Shown piece after piece: positions 21,011 to 30,686 of a DNA stretch of 60,511 nt. Position 1 is the stretch's first letter; each line of letters opens with the position of its first letter. The notes below the pieces were generated by a model that saw only the letters and a list, made by a program, of their open reading frames with translations, did not search any database and was not told the origin of the DNA. The stretch is from Patescibacteria group bacterium (lineage in GTDB: Bacteria; Patescibacteriota; Minisyncoccia; 2-02-FULL-40-12; GWA2-44-9). The stretch is taken from contig JBBTYA010000002.1 in NCBI GenBank assembly GCA_038061995.1, forward strand, positions 1 through 60,511, in the 5' to 3' direction. The position numbers and the translations under genes are program-made.

Positions 21011-21799
21011 ATGGCGCGTCCTTCAGGAATACGGAAACTAAGCATTGCCCTTGTGAGCATCCTCTGTATTGGGGGTGTGAATGCTGCAACGGGCGGAGCG
21101 CTCCAACGCCTTGCGCAACGCGTTGTCGAGCCTGCTGTAGTTCACATGCCAGGCCTCACGCGTGCGATCCACTGGGTTGGCCAGTGGCAGATTACTCATG
21201 AAACGCAAGATGATCTTCAGGCGCACATCGTTTCTTTGTCGGGCCGCTTGGCGCACACACAAGATCTTGTGGATGAGAATACATTTCTGCGTTCCCTACT
21301 CAGGCTTTCACTTCCCGAAACGTACGAACGCGTCGAGGCTCGCTTATGGAGTGTCCGCATGGACGGAGACGGCATCAGCGCGCGTATTCAGCGTGGGTCA
21401 CGCGACGGTATCCGCGAAGGCGGCATCGTTATCTCTCAAGAAGGCGCGCTTGTAGGAGTGGTACGCTCTGTCGCCGAGACAAGCGCCCATATCCAGCTGA
21501 TTATGGATCCAACATTTTCTGTTGCCGCGCGTACGCTTGAGGGCGGTGTCGATCTCCTTGTGCGAGGCGACGCAGATAAAGGATTGCGCCTTGAGCTGGT
21601 CTCTGTGGAAGATGCGATACAAACGGGGGAGACGCTGGTTACTACTGGCGCCGACTCAATCCCTAGCGGCCTTATGATTGGGACTATCGAAAGCGTTGTG
21701 CGAGATGCGGCTGCAGTATTTCAATCAGTGCGAGCATCTCCACTCTTTGAGCGTGACTTTGATGGCCGTGTGCTGGTACTCGTTCCTCCGAAACTCTAA
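21011..21799 (+). CDS. mreC: Rod shape-determining protein MreC
   Basis: Follows mreB; coiled coil ENTFLRSLL, GSRDGI, LVGVV, GETLVTTG. Confidence 0.88.
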   Translation: MARPSGIRKLSIALVSILCIGGVNAATGGALQRLAQRVVEPAVVHMPGLTRAIHWVGQWQITHETQDDLQAHIVSLSGRLAHTQDLVDENTFLRSLLRLSLPETYERVEARLWSVRMDGDGISARIQRGSRDGIREGGIVISQEGALVGVVRSVAETSAHIQLIMDPTFSVAARTLEGGVDLLVRGDADKGLRLELVSVEDAIQTGETLVTTGADSIPSGLMIGTIESVVRDAAAVFQSVRASPLFERDFDGRVLVLVPPKL

Positions 21800-22323
21800 T
21801 GTATCCATCTATACTCTCACTGCGTACCTCATGGCTTTTCCTCGGCGCGTTGTGCGCGGCACTGTGGGGCGTCTCGTTTCTTTTTCCCCTTACCTATCCA
21901 GTCATATACACCACGCTTGCAAGCGTGGTTATCTTTGGAGGTGTGGCGTGGACGGGGCGTATCCTCGTTAGCGCATGGATGTGCGAGATTCTCTTTGGCG
22001 CCTCTTTCGGAGCATATATCGTACCTGCGCTGTGCATGGTCGCAGTGTATGCGTTATTCCAGTCCGTTGTAGTAGTGCAGCCCATCGAAGATATTCGCAC
22101 CCCCTCTTTTTCACAGGTTGGTATTGCGGTGTGTGGTGTCTACGCCCTGGCGTTTACAGGATGGGCCATTGATGCGCTCGTGTTCCACGCGCTCTCGACG
22201 GAAAGCCTGCGCTCGCGGGTGTACGTATGGGCACGATGGTCATGGATGCTCACCAGTGCCTTTGTAAGTGTCTGCGTGTGGCTTGTTGGGGTAGCGCTGG
22301 CGCGCACCAGTGCCTTGAGGTAG
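21799..22323 (+). CDS. Hydrophobic protein in the MreD position
   Basis: About 5 TM segments, between mreC and PBP2; assignment is mainly positional. Confidence 0.5.
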   Translation: MYPSILSLRTSWLFLGALCAALWGVSFLFPLTYPVIYTTLASVVIFGGVAWTGRILVSAWMCEILFGASFGAYIVPALCMVAVYALFQSVVVVQPIEDIRTPSFSQVGIAVCGVYALAFTGWAIDALVFHALSTESLRSRVYVWARWSWMLTSAFVSVCVWLVGVALARTSALR

Positions 22324-22333
22324 AGTTATCCAT

Positions 22334-24271
22334 ATGCCGCGATGGTGGTTTTTTAAGCGTCGCACTACTGCGTATGCCGTCTCACTGGACGGTGATGATT
22401 GGGTTGCTCCTGAAGAAACACTTGTTGATGTTGGAAGTAGCCACGTTGACGTAGAGCGCCCTGTCGATACCCGTATTTTTTCTCTCGCTCGAGGCACGGT
22501 GTGGGTGATAGCTATCGCACTGATGTGTGCATCAGGCGCCCTTGCCGTACAGCAACACGCAACGCTTTCCGCAGCTGCTGAGGCAAATCGTACCGTGCAG
22601 ATTTCAGTAAGTCCTCCACGCGGAGCGATTGTAGATCGTATGGGGACTCCTTTGGTAAAAAACACGCCTAGCTTTCAAATCGCAATTGTATCTCGCGAGC
22701 TTCCCACAGATGCCACAGAGCGCGAAGCCCTCTTCCATACGGTCGCAACGATATTAGGAGAAGATCCGAGCGTATTTGTACCACAATTAGGAGAGCGAGC
22801 TCGTGCGCAAAGCGTTTTTTTCGCCGCAACGGGTGTTCCTAAAGAGGCCACTGTGCAGTTCGCACAGTTGTTGGGGAATGGTGTGCATGTGGTAACAACC
22901 ACAGATCGCGCGTATCTTGATGGCGAGCAGTTTTCCACGGTGCTAGGCTACACGGGGCGAGTATCAGTTGCCGACCGTGAGCGCGACGCAACGTATGCTC
23001 AATCAGATCGTGTCGGTCGCGCCGGCGTCGAAGCCTTCTACGAAGAGGAGCTCCGTGGCTCACACGGTAGTATCACGTTCTCTCGCGGAGAGGAGAGCGT
23101 GCAAAAGAACGCTACCCCAGGGCATACAGTTGTGCTTGAAGTTGATGCCGATGTGCAAAAGGCACTGTATAATAGTCTCTTTTCGGTCCTGCAAGGTGCG
23201 GCAGTTTCTGGCGCTGCGGCAATCGCGCAAGATCCACAGACGGGTGCGGTGCTTGGTATGGTGAGCTTTCCATCCTATGACAACAACCTTTTCGCTGACG
23301 GCATCTCACAGTTGGAATATCAACGGCTGTTCACGTCATCGCGAAAACCACTCTTTAATCGTGTGATCGGCGGTACGTATAACCCGGGCTCTACGATTAA
23401 GCCCTTCATCGGCATGGCAGCAGTGGAAGAAAATATTATCAGACCTTCAGACAACATTTGGGAATGTGTGAACATCACGATTCCCAACCCCAGCAACCCG
23501 TCGCGGCCATACGTGTTTGAAAACTGGCGCCCAGAACACGGACCATTCAACCTCGCGAGAGCAATAGCAACGTCGTGTAACATTTATTTCTTTACCGTTG
23601 GTGGCGGGCGCGATGCATTCCAGGGCCTTGGCATTGATCGCATTTCTTCGTATTTACAGAAAGCATTTGCTGATAAGGTGTTAGGCATTGATCTTCCAGG
23701 AGAAGTTGCCGGCTTCGTGCCAACTGCTACCTGGAAGCAAGAAAAGCGTGGAGAGCCGTGGTATCAGGGTGATACGTACAACGTTTCCATTGGCCAAGGA
23801 GATCTTTCTGTTTCTCCGCTGTGGCTGAACACATACATTAGCGCCATTGCGAATGGTGGGACGCTCTACCAGCCGCGCGTTGCGCAACGAATCCAATATG
23901 GTGCTGGTACTCCCGATACTGTTTTTCAGCCAACAGCGCTGGCTAAGCTACCGTTTAGCGGAACGACCATTGCTGCAATGCAAAAAGCAATGCGTGAAAC
24001 GGTTCTTACAGGGACAGCAAAATTATTAGGAGATCTCCCGGTCTCATCTGCGGCAAAAACAGGAACAGCCGAAGTGACGAAGCACGGAAAGATCAACTCG
24101 CTCTTTACCGCGTTTGCGCCCGCAGAGAATCCAAAAGTTGCTATTACCGTGTTGGTTGAAAGTTCGATCTATCGAGAGGGGTATGCGAGCCGCACGGCAC
24201 ACACGTTCTTAAAGTGGTTCTTTACGCGCCCATCCCCGACATCCCCAGCCCAGCCCTTGCCATCCCAGTGA
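22334..24271 (+). CDS. mrdA: Penicillin-binding protein 2
   Basis: PPRGAIVDR, GRAGVEAFYE, PGSTIK (SxxK), SCN (SxN), KTGT. Confidence 0.94.
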   Translation: MPRWWFFKRRTTAYAVSLDGDDWVAPEETLVDVGSSHVDVERPVDTRIFSLARGTVWVIAIALMCASGALAVQQHATLSAAAEANRTVQISVSPPRGAIVDRMGTPLVKNTPSFQIAIVSRELPTDATEREALFHTVATILGEDPSVFVPQLGERARAQSVFFAATGVPKEATVQFAQLLGNGVHVVTTTDRAYLDGEQFSTVLGYTGRVSVADRERDATYAQSDRVGRAGVEAFYEEELRGSHGSITFSRGEESVQKNATPGHTVVLEVDADVQKALYNSLFSVLQGAAVSGAAAIAQDPQTGAVLGMVSFPSYDNNLFADGISQLEYQRLFTSSRKPLFNRVIGGTYNPGSTIKPFIGMAAVEENIIRPSDNIWECVNITIPNPSNPSRPYVFENWRPEHGPFNLARAIATSCNIYFFTVGGGRDAFQGLGIDRISSYLQKAFADKVLGIDLPGEVAGFVPTATWKQEKRGEPWYQGDTYNVSIGQGDLSVSPLWLNTYISAIANGGTLYQPRVAQRIQYGAGTPDTVFQPTALAKLPFSGTTIAAMQKAMRETVLTGTAKLLGDLPVSSAAKTGTAEVTKHGKINSLFTAFAPAENPKVAITVLVESSIYREGYASRTAHTFLKWFFTRPSPTSPAQPLPSQ

Positions 24272-24324
24272 AAGCAGAGTAGTATGGGCCAACAGAAAAG
24301 CACCGCCGAGAGGCGGTTTAGTAT

Positions 24325-24786
24325 ATGGATACACAATATTTCAGCAAAGAAGGGCTAGAAAAACTCAAACAGGAGCTTTTTGATCGCACTGAAAACGTGC
24401 GTCCTGAAATCGCGCGTCGTATCCGTGAGGCAAAGGAACAGGGCGACTTGAGCGAGAACGCAGAATACTCAGAGGCAAAAGAAGCGCAAGCAATCAACGA
24501 AGGTCGCATTGAAGAACTCAAGGCAATCCTCGAGAACGCTGTGATCATCGATGACGATCGCAAGCGGGGAGGCATCGTTGCTGTGGGTGCTTCGGTAAAA
24601 GTAGAATCAAAGCTTGGTGCGCACACCTACACTATTGTTGGTCCTGCAGAATCAGACCCAGCGCAAGGCTTCATCTCAAATGAATCTCCTCTCGGCTCGG
24701 CATTTCTTGGCCGCAAAAAGGGAGACTCCGTGGATGTCAAAACTCCCAAAGGTCTCACAACCTACAAGATCGTAGACGTGAAGTAA
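24325..24786 (+). CDS. greA: Transcription elongation factor GreA
   Basis: AKEQGDLSENAEY, ISNESPLG. Confidence 0.97.
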   Translation: MDTQYFSKEGLEKLKQELFDRTENVRPEIARRIREAKEQGDLSENAEYSEAKEAQAINEGRIEELKAILENAVIIDDDRKRGGIVAVGASVKVESKLGAHTYTIVGPAESDPAQGFISNESPLGSAFLGRKKGDSVDVKTPKGLTTYKIVDVK

Positions 24787-24800
24787 GGAGTATACAGAGA

Positions 24801-24823
24801 AGCCGCCCACTCGGGCGGTTTTT
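24801..24823 (+). terminator. Intrinsic terminator after greA
   Basis: GCCGCCC-actc-GGGCGGT followed by TTTT. Confidence 0.7.
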
Positions 24824-24860
24824 CGTTGCAATTCGGAAGTGAAATGATACTATATCCGAT

Positions 24861-26330
24861 ATGCCTTTGGACGATATTCGCGATGGCCGCGTTGCAAAGC
24901 GTGCCCATCTTCTTGCATCCCAGCAGGACCCATATCCAGCACACACGTCTCGCACGCACACGATCCGTGCCGTGCTCGATTCATTTGATTCTCTGAGCGC
25001 AGAAGCAACGCCGCTCGTGCTTGCGGGGCGCGTGATGGCACGTCGTGAACATGGTGGCGCAATGTTTTTGGATCTCATGGACGCAAGTGGCACATTACAA
25101 CTCCACGCAACACGCGATGCGCTCGGAGACGACATGTATGCATTGCTCACTGAAACGCTTGATATCGGAGATATCATCGAAGCGTCGGGAACGGTGTTTG
25201 TCACAAAACGCGGTGAGCGCACGCTTGAGGTGCGTGGTGCGCGCATGCTTACCAAAACACTCTTGCCGCTTCCAGAAAAGTGGCACGGCCTGCAAGATGT
25301 GGAAGAACGCTACCGCAAGCGCTATTTGGATATCCTCTTAAACACAGAGGTGCGGGAAAAGATGATGACCCGTTCGCGCATCGTGCAAGCAATGCGTAGC
25401 TTTATGCAGACGCACGGCTTTCTGGAAGTACAAACACCAACACTCCAGCCACTGTATGGAGGCGCATCTGCGCGGCCTTTTAAAACACACATGCATGCGT
25501 TAGATATCGATCTCTACCTCCGCATTGCACCGGAACTGTATTTAAAGCGCCTATTGGTTGGTGGTTTTGAGCGAGTGTGCGAATTTACGACCAACTTCCG
25601 CAACGAGGGCATTGATCGGGATCACAACCCAGAATTTTCTGGCATGGAGTTCTATGCCGCATTCCAAGATCTCGATTGGGCGATGACCTTCACCGAAGAT
25701 CTCATAACTCACGTCCTTGAATCACTCCAGCTTGGCACTGCAACCACCTACCAAGGTGTGGAGGTGCATTGGATGCGCCCATTCGTCCGCGCAACATTCT
25801 TTGAACTATTACAACAACATGCCGGCGTTTCTTATACGGAAGCCTCAGAAGACGACATGCGTGCAGCAGCAAAGAAACTCGGTGTGGTGATCGAAAAACA
25901 CGTGACTAAGCCAGGCATCGCTGACGAGCTATTCAAGAAGGTGGTGCGTCCTACGCTTATAGAGCCCACGTTTGTTATCGAATATCCCGTAGAACTCCTT
26001 CCGCTTGCGAAGCGTATTCCCGAGCGCCCAGAAGTGGTGAGCGCGTTTCAATTCTATGCAGGCGGCCTTGAGCTCATCAAAGCATTCACTGAATTAAATG
26101 ACCCCATCGATCAGCGTGAGCGCTTTGCGGGGCAAGAAAACCAGCGTGCGAAGGGCGACGAAGAAGCACAACGCATGGACGAAGATTTTATCCAAGCATT
26201 AGAATACGGCATGCCACCTGCCGCAGGGTGGGGTATCGGCCTTGATCGTTTTGTAGCGCTCCTTACTGACTCTCATTCGTTGCGTGAAGTGATCCTCTTC
26301 CCGCTCATGAAGCCACAAGAGAACGAATAA
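24861..26330 (+). CDS. lysS: Lysyl-tRNA ligase (class II)
   Basis: YLRIAPELYLKRL, FRNEG, HNPEF, LEYGMPPAAGWGIGLDR. Confidence 0.98.
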   Translation: MPLDDIRDGRVAKRAHLLASQQDPYPAHTSRTHTIRAVLDSFDSLSAEATPLVLAGRVMARREHGGAMFLDLMDASGTLQLHATRDALGDDMYALLTETLDIGDIIEASGTVFVTKRGERTLEVRGARMLTKTLLPLPEKWHGLQDVEERYRKRYLDILLNTEVREKMMTRSRIVQAMRSFMQTHGFLEVQTPTLQPLYGGASARPFKTHMHALDIDLYLRIAPELYLKRLLVGGFERVCEFTTNFRNEGIDRDHNPEFSGMEFYAAFQDLDWAMTFTEDLITHVLESLQLGTATTYQGVEVHWMRPFVRATFFELLQQHAGVSYTEASEDDMRAAAKKLGVVIEKHVTKPGIADELFKKVVRPTLIEPTFVIEYPVELLPLAKRIPERPEVVSAFQFYAGGLELIKAFTELNDPIDQRERFAGQENQRAKGDEEAQRMDEDFIQALEYGMPPAAGWGIGLDRFVALLTDSHSLREVILFPLMKPQENE

Positions 26331-26331
26331 T

Positions 26332-27639
26332 ATGCTCGATATTCATTTCATCCGAGAGAATGCAGATCGTGTTCGTGAAGCGGCACGCGCTAAGCGTGTG
26401 ACCGTTGATATCGATGCCATTCTTCGCCTCGATACCGAGGCGCGTGCTATACAAACACAGATTGGTGAAAAAAATCATCAGCGCAATGAGCTTGCAAAGC
26501 AGGCCACCGATGGTAAGCCATCCGCCGAAGTCATTGAGGCAGGAAAGCAGATGAAAGAAGAAGTGGCCGAACTTGAAGCGCGCCACGCCGCATTACTGCA
26601 AGAGCTCACGCCACTTCTACACGCGGTTCCTAATGTTCCTACCGAAGACGTTCCCGTTGGTCCCGATGAATCGGGTAACGTGGTAGTGCGCACGTGGGGT
26701 ACTCCAGCGGCATTTCCTTTCCAACCAAAAGACCACATTGAACTGGGCGAGTCACTCGGCATCATCGATACCGAACGCGCAGCAAAGGTAACCGGCGCGC
26801 GCTTTGCGTACCTAAAGGGAGACGGTGCACTCTTAGAATTCGCCATCGTGCAGTATGTGATGCAACTACTCACCTCCTCGGAAGAAATGCAGAAACTTGC
26901 CGCATCAGTGAGTCCCGATGTTTCTCCAAAGCCATTTGTTCCTGTCGTTCCTCCGGTCATGATTCGCCCTGAAACATTTACACGCATGGCGCGTCTTAGC
27001 CCAGAAGATAAAGATGAACGCTATTATATTCCAAGCGATGATTTGTATCTGGTAGGAAGCGCGGAGCACACACTCGGTTCGCTCCACATGGATGAGATCC
27101 TTGAAGAAAAGGAGATGCCCGTGCGCTACATCGGTTTTTCTACGAGCTTCCGCCGTGAAGCGGGTTCCTATGGAAAGGACACGAAAGGTATTTTGCGCGT
27201 CCACCAATTTGATAAGTTAGAGATGGAATCATTTACCACGCCAGAGCACTCGCGTCACGAGCAAGATTTCATCGTTGCCATCCAGGAAAAATTACTCCAG
27301 GGCCTCGAGCTGCCCTATCAAGTCGTCGCAGTGTGCACGGGCGACATGGGAAAACCAGATGCGCGCCAAATCGATATCGAAACATGGATTCCGACACAGG
27401 GGAAATATCGCGAGACACATACTGCAGACTTGATGACGGATTACCAAACACGTCGTTTGAATACAAAAATTCGGCGTGCCGATGGTTCGCTAGTGCTTGC
27501 GCATACGAACGATGCCACCGCATTCGCTATTGGCCGCATCCTTATTGCCATTATCGAAAACTATCAAACAGAAGCGGGAACGGTGCGCATTCCTCTCGCA
27601 CTTCAGCCATTTATGGGGGGTAAGAAAGAAATAGTTTAA
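26332..27639 (+). CDS. serS: Seryl-tRNA ligase
   Basis: MLDIHFIRE, GSAEH, FRREAGS, RVHQFDKLE, TNDATAFAIGR. Confidence 0.98.
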   Translation: MLDIHFIRENADRVREAARAKRVTVDIDAILRLDTEARAIQTQIGEKNHQRNELAKQATDGKPSAEVIEAGKQMKEEVAELEARHAALLQELTPLLHAVPNVPTEDVPVGPDESGNVVVRTWGTPAAFPFQPKDHIELGESLGIIDTERAAKVTGARFAYLKGDGALLEFAIVQYVMQLLTSSEEMQKLAASVSPDVSPKPFVPVVPPVMIRPETFTRMARLSPEDKDERYYIPSDDLYLVGSAEHTLGSLHMDEILEEKEMPVRYIGFSTSFRREAGSYGKDTKGILRVHQFDKLEMESFTTPEHSRHEQDFIVAIQEKLLQGLELPYQVVAVCTGDMGKPDARQIDIETWIPTQGKYRETHTADLMTDYQTRRLNTKIRRADGSLVLAHTNDATAFAIGRILIAIIENYQTEAGTVRIPLALQPFMGGKKEIV

Positions 27640-27640
27640 T

Positions 27641-28459
27641 ATGCCTGTACGTCCTCTTGCGACAACGTCCGTGCGTACGTCGGACCGATTTGCACGTCGG
27701 AGAGAGCGCCGCGGCCGCCTTTTACGCTGGGGCATGGGCATAGGTGCCTTTGTACTCGTTTCCGGAAGTGTGTACGCCTTTTTCTTTGCTCCGTGGCTTT
27801 CTGTTCGTTCTGTGGTAGTCGAAGGTGCACAGTCGCTGAATCCTGATGCGCTCCTTGCGCACATTGAAGCAGCGCGAGCACAACGCACATGGGGATACAT
27901 GCGCGAGCACTTTATGATTCCCGCTCGTCCCCAACACATTGCCACATCTCTTATAGCCGCGTTTCCAGCATTAGCAACAGTGACGACAGACAAGCGCTTT
28001 CCTCACACGATTGCTTTCACCGTGCACGAACGAACCCCCGTCGCGCAGTGGTGCGTTGCCAGTGAGTGCGCTCACATAGATGCCTCTGGTGTGCGCTGGG
28101 ACCCACTCGCAGAGGTCGCAGATCTTCCTGTGATCCGTGACATGCGGAACACTCAACGGTGGCCACAGGATGAAGCAACGATACTGCGCATGATAGAAAC
28201 ACTACGCCCACAGTTGCGCGCTATGCGCATTGAGCCGCTTGCATGGGATCTTCCCGAAACTGCTGTTCCTGAATTGCGCGTCCCCACCACAGAGGGGAGT
28301 GAGCTTCGCTTTAGTCTCGAAGACGATCTCCAAAAGCAGACAACCGTGCTTGCGGTTTTTTTACGTGATACCTCTGGTGGCATAGACGCCTTTGAGTATG
28401 TAGATATGCGCATTCCAGGGCGTGTGTATTCAAAGAAAAAAGCCACAAGCGGGCTATAA
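27641..28459 (+). CDS. FtsQ/DivIB-like cell division protein
   Basis: N-terminal TM, POTRA-like segment (SVVVEGAQ), KRFPHTI..ER, C-terminal EYVDMRIPGRVY. Confidence 0.8.
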   Translation: MPVRPLATTSVRTSDRFARRRERRGRLLRWGMGIGAFVLVSGSVYAFFFAPWLSVRSVVVEGAQSLNPDALLAHIEAARAQRTWGYMREHFMIPARPQHIATSLIAAFPALATVTTDKRFPHTIAFTVHERTPVAQWCVASECAHIDASGVRWDPLAEVADLPVIRDMRNTQRWPQDEATILRMIETLRPQLRAMRIEPLAWDLPETAVPELRVPTTEGSELRFSLEDDLQKQTTVLAVFLRDTSGGIDAFEYVDMRIPGRVYSKKKATSGL

Positions 28460-28468
28460 GAGGGACTA

Positions 28469-28496
28469 TTGACTCACTCGCTGGGTATGCTATAAT
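28469..28496 (+). promoter_or_regulatory. Sigma70-type promoter
   Basis: TTGACT-16 nt-TATAAT with extended -10 TG. Confidence 0.85.
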
Positions 28497-28501
28497 AGAT
28501 G

Positions 28502-28773
28502 AAGCCTCCTAGTTCTTTAAACAACCGGGCCGCAAGGCTCGGAAAAAGCAAAGAAACAGCATTCCTTGTTTTTTCCGGCTCTTGGGCTCGTGTGTTTACC
28601 GGGTCACCGGCAACTTTGGCTGTCCGTCTGCAGCGGTCTTCAGCCAGGAGGCAAGTTGAGTCTTCCGATTCCGTTCCTAGGCGCCTTGCCTCCAGAGGCG
28701 TGTAGGTTTCCTCATCCGGGCCATTAGGCCCTTCCTGCCCCCCAAAGCTTTTTGCTGCGGGGGGTGCTTTTTT
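28502..28773 (+). ncRNA. Candidate structured non-coding RNA (unassigned)
   Basis: Lies between a strong promoter and a terminator; GCAA-tetraloop hairpin, 12-bp stem, long-range GCCTCCT/AGGAGGC pairing; next gene is convergent. Confidence 0.6.
28737..28773 (+). terminator. Intrinsic terminator
   Basis: CCCCCC..AGC-tttt-GCT..GGGGGG followed by a T6 tract. Confidence 0.7.
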
Positions 28774-28781
28774 ATATAAAC

Positions 28782-30212
28782 CTACGGAAGCACGAGCACG
28801 AGCGTGCCGTCAGAGATGCGCACTCTACTGTACTGCTCTGGCGAGAGATACAAAATATTTTTAATATTCTGCTGTTCTTCAGTAGCTGTTTGCGTGAGAT
28901 AGCGGAGCGGAGCACTTTGCGCCGTTGTGCGTGCAATAATAATGACTGGCCCGCCGTGTTCGCGGATGCGCTTGAGCATCGCGATATCATCTGCGCGATA
29001 CGTTTCGCGAACGTCTGGGTTTGTGCCCCATATAACATGTGCCCGCACTGTTTCAGCAACGCCCATAGCAAGTACAAAAGTGAGTGCCACCATGACTGCG
29101 GTAAGTGCTCCTTCTTGCACGTGCATGCTTCCATGAGGGAGGCGAATGTCGAGGTTGTGAGGATGGTTGGCATGGTACCAATCAGCGAGACGATCCATCA
29201 GCCACCACAGCGCTTGTCCAGCGAAGAGGAACACGACAGGGGCGATACCAGCAAGACGTAGTGTAACGCGCATGTCATCAACTAGCGCCCCGCCTACAAG
29301 TCCGCAGAAGAACCATGCGACAAGAAGGGTGTGTGTCGGGGATACGTGGCTACTATCGTGGAGCTCTTTGAGGATTTTTATAATATTACGGAGAAGGCCA
29401 ACGATAGCGAGTGCGGCTACTGGCCAGAACACCAGCGAGCTCCCTACGATACCATTCTGCCACTGCGTGATGCTTGGCATGAAGAGTCGTGCAAGTGTAG
29501 TGCGGACAGCACCGCTCCAATCGGAAACCAATGCCGTACCTGCTGGAGCGGGAAGAATATTTTGCGCGCCAAAGTATGAAACGAGCAAGAGCGCAATGAT
29601 ACCAAAGAGCACGAGTCCATTGCGAAGTGAGTCATGCGCACGTTGTGCGCGAGCGTCTTGCGTGTGTACACGCGTCATGTGGAGATACGCAGCCGCAGTA
29701 ATAGCGCCAGCTAACAAGAGTGGGCGCGCGAGCGTATGTGTTGAGAGTGCCGCCGCCCAAATGATAGCTGCAGCGGCAAATGTCCCATGAGTATGCGTAG
29801 CAAGCGCCATCCACAGCGCATAAAGGCCCCACGTGGCGAAGAACGCAAGACTCGCTTCAGGAAGCGCGGTGCGCGAGATGAGGAAATACCAGAACGAGCC
29901 AGCATACAAGATGCTCGCGAGCGAAGCGATCTCCCAAGAGAACAGTCGGCGCGCTAAGAAGTAGAGTCCAGCAACTGATCCAATACCAAAGAAGAGCGAG
30001 GGAACGCGCGCCGCCCACGGCGTTGAGCCAAATGCGCGTACCGATATATTTTGGAGCACGCCATAGACACCGCTTTCTGGTTCTGAGAGCGCGCGAATTG
30101 CATGCTGCGCTTCAATGCCAGAGATGCCCGCAGGAATTCCTCCGATGTTAAACAACGAAACAACGAGCGTACCAAGAATAAGTGCGCCAAGCGCGATTCG
30201 GTGTAGATGCAT
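28782..30212 (-). CDS. GT39/ArnT/PMT-like membrane glycosyltransferase
   Basis: FGSTPWAARVPSLFFG, SRTALPE, multiple TM helices; acidic DE motif appears degenerate. Confidence 0.75.
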   Translation of the reverse strand: MHLHRIALGALILGTLVVSLFNIGGIPAGISGIEAQHAIRALSEPESGVYGVLQNISVRAFGSTPWAARVPSLFFGIGSVAGLYFLARRLFSWEIASLASILYAGSFWYFLISRTALPEASLAFFATWGLYALWMALATHTHGTFAAAAIIWAAALSTHTLARPLLLAGAITAAAYLHMTRVHTQDARAQRAHDSLRNGLVLFGIIALLLVSYFGAQNILPAPAGTALVSDWSGAVRTTLARLFMPSITQWQNGIVGSSLVFWPVAALAIVGLLRNIIKILKELHDSSHVSPTHTLLVAWFFCGLVGGALVDDMRVTLRLAGIAPVVFLFAGQALWWLMDRLADWYHANHPHNLDIRLPHGSMHVQEGALTAVMVALTFVLAMGVAETVRAHVIWGTNPDVRETYRADDIAMLKRIREHGGPVIIIARTTAQSAPLRYLTQTATEEQQNIKNILYLSPEQYSRVRISDGTLVLVLP

Positions 30213-30286
30213 AATGCTAAAAATATACCACATTATGCGCAGTGTGTGCGGTTGGACAAGTGGAAAGTGTGCTATACTTTTTCTGT

Positions 30287-30682
30287 ATGAGTGAAGAAAT
30301 ACACGTCCAGTTGGAGCAAGATATCCGTCGTCTTGAAAGCGAGCTTGAAAAGAAGCGCGCAGCTCGTGATATCGGCGCAGAACAGAGCACGGTAGAGCAT
30401 CGTGATGACCAAACAGCTCTCCGTGAAGTCGTGCGCGAGCAGATCACCGGCGCACCAGTGCCTGCGGCGTCCACAGAGCACGGCCCAGCCGTTCCGCTCA
30501 ATGATGACCAAGTATCGCAGGTGCAAACATTAGTGCAGACGGCGCTTGCGAGTGGCCTTGATGCCGCAGTCGCCGCCGCTCGCGAAACTCAAAATCCAGC
30601 AATCATGGACGCTTTACACGACGCGCTCGCAGACGTGTATTGGAAAGAAATGCTTCAGCGAGGTTTTGTAAAAGCGCTCTAA
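30287..30682 (+). CDS. Hypothetical coiled-coil protein
   Basis: Leaderless-type start (TATACT 8 nt upstream); directly precedes the VirD4-like ATPase. Confidence 0.7.
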   Translation: MSEEIHVQLEQDIRRLESELEKKRAARDIGAEQSTVEHRDDQTALREVVREQITGAPVPAASTEHGPAVPLNDDQVSQVQTLVQTALASGLDAAVAAARETQNPAIMDALHDALADVYWKEMLQRGFVKAL

Positions 30683-30686
30683 ATTC

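Noticed and set aside
28499-28705. 68-aa ORF as the product of the 28.5 kb unit
   Set aside because: The ATG lies 2 nt after the TATAAT box, upstream of the expected TSS; it has no SD and no protein-like features.
28500-28740. RNase P RNA on the minus strand (GAGGAAAC, CGGTAAAC, AGAAC..GGCTT resemblances)
   Set aside because: The canonical GAGGAAAGTCC is absent, P4 complementarity fails, and promoter and terminator polarity point to the + strand. It also lacks tmRNA tRNA-like ends and the SRP loop.
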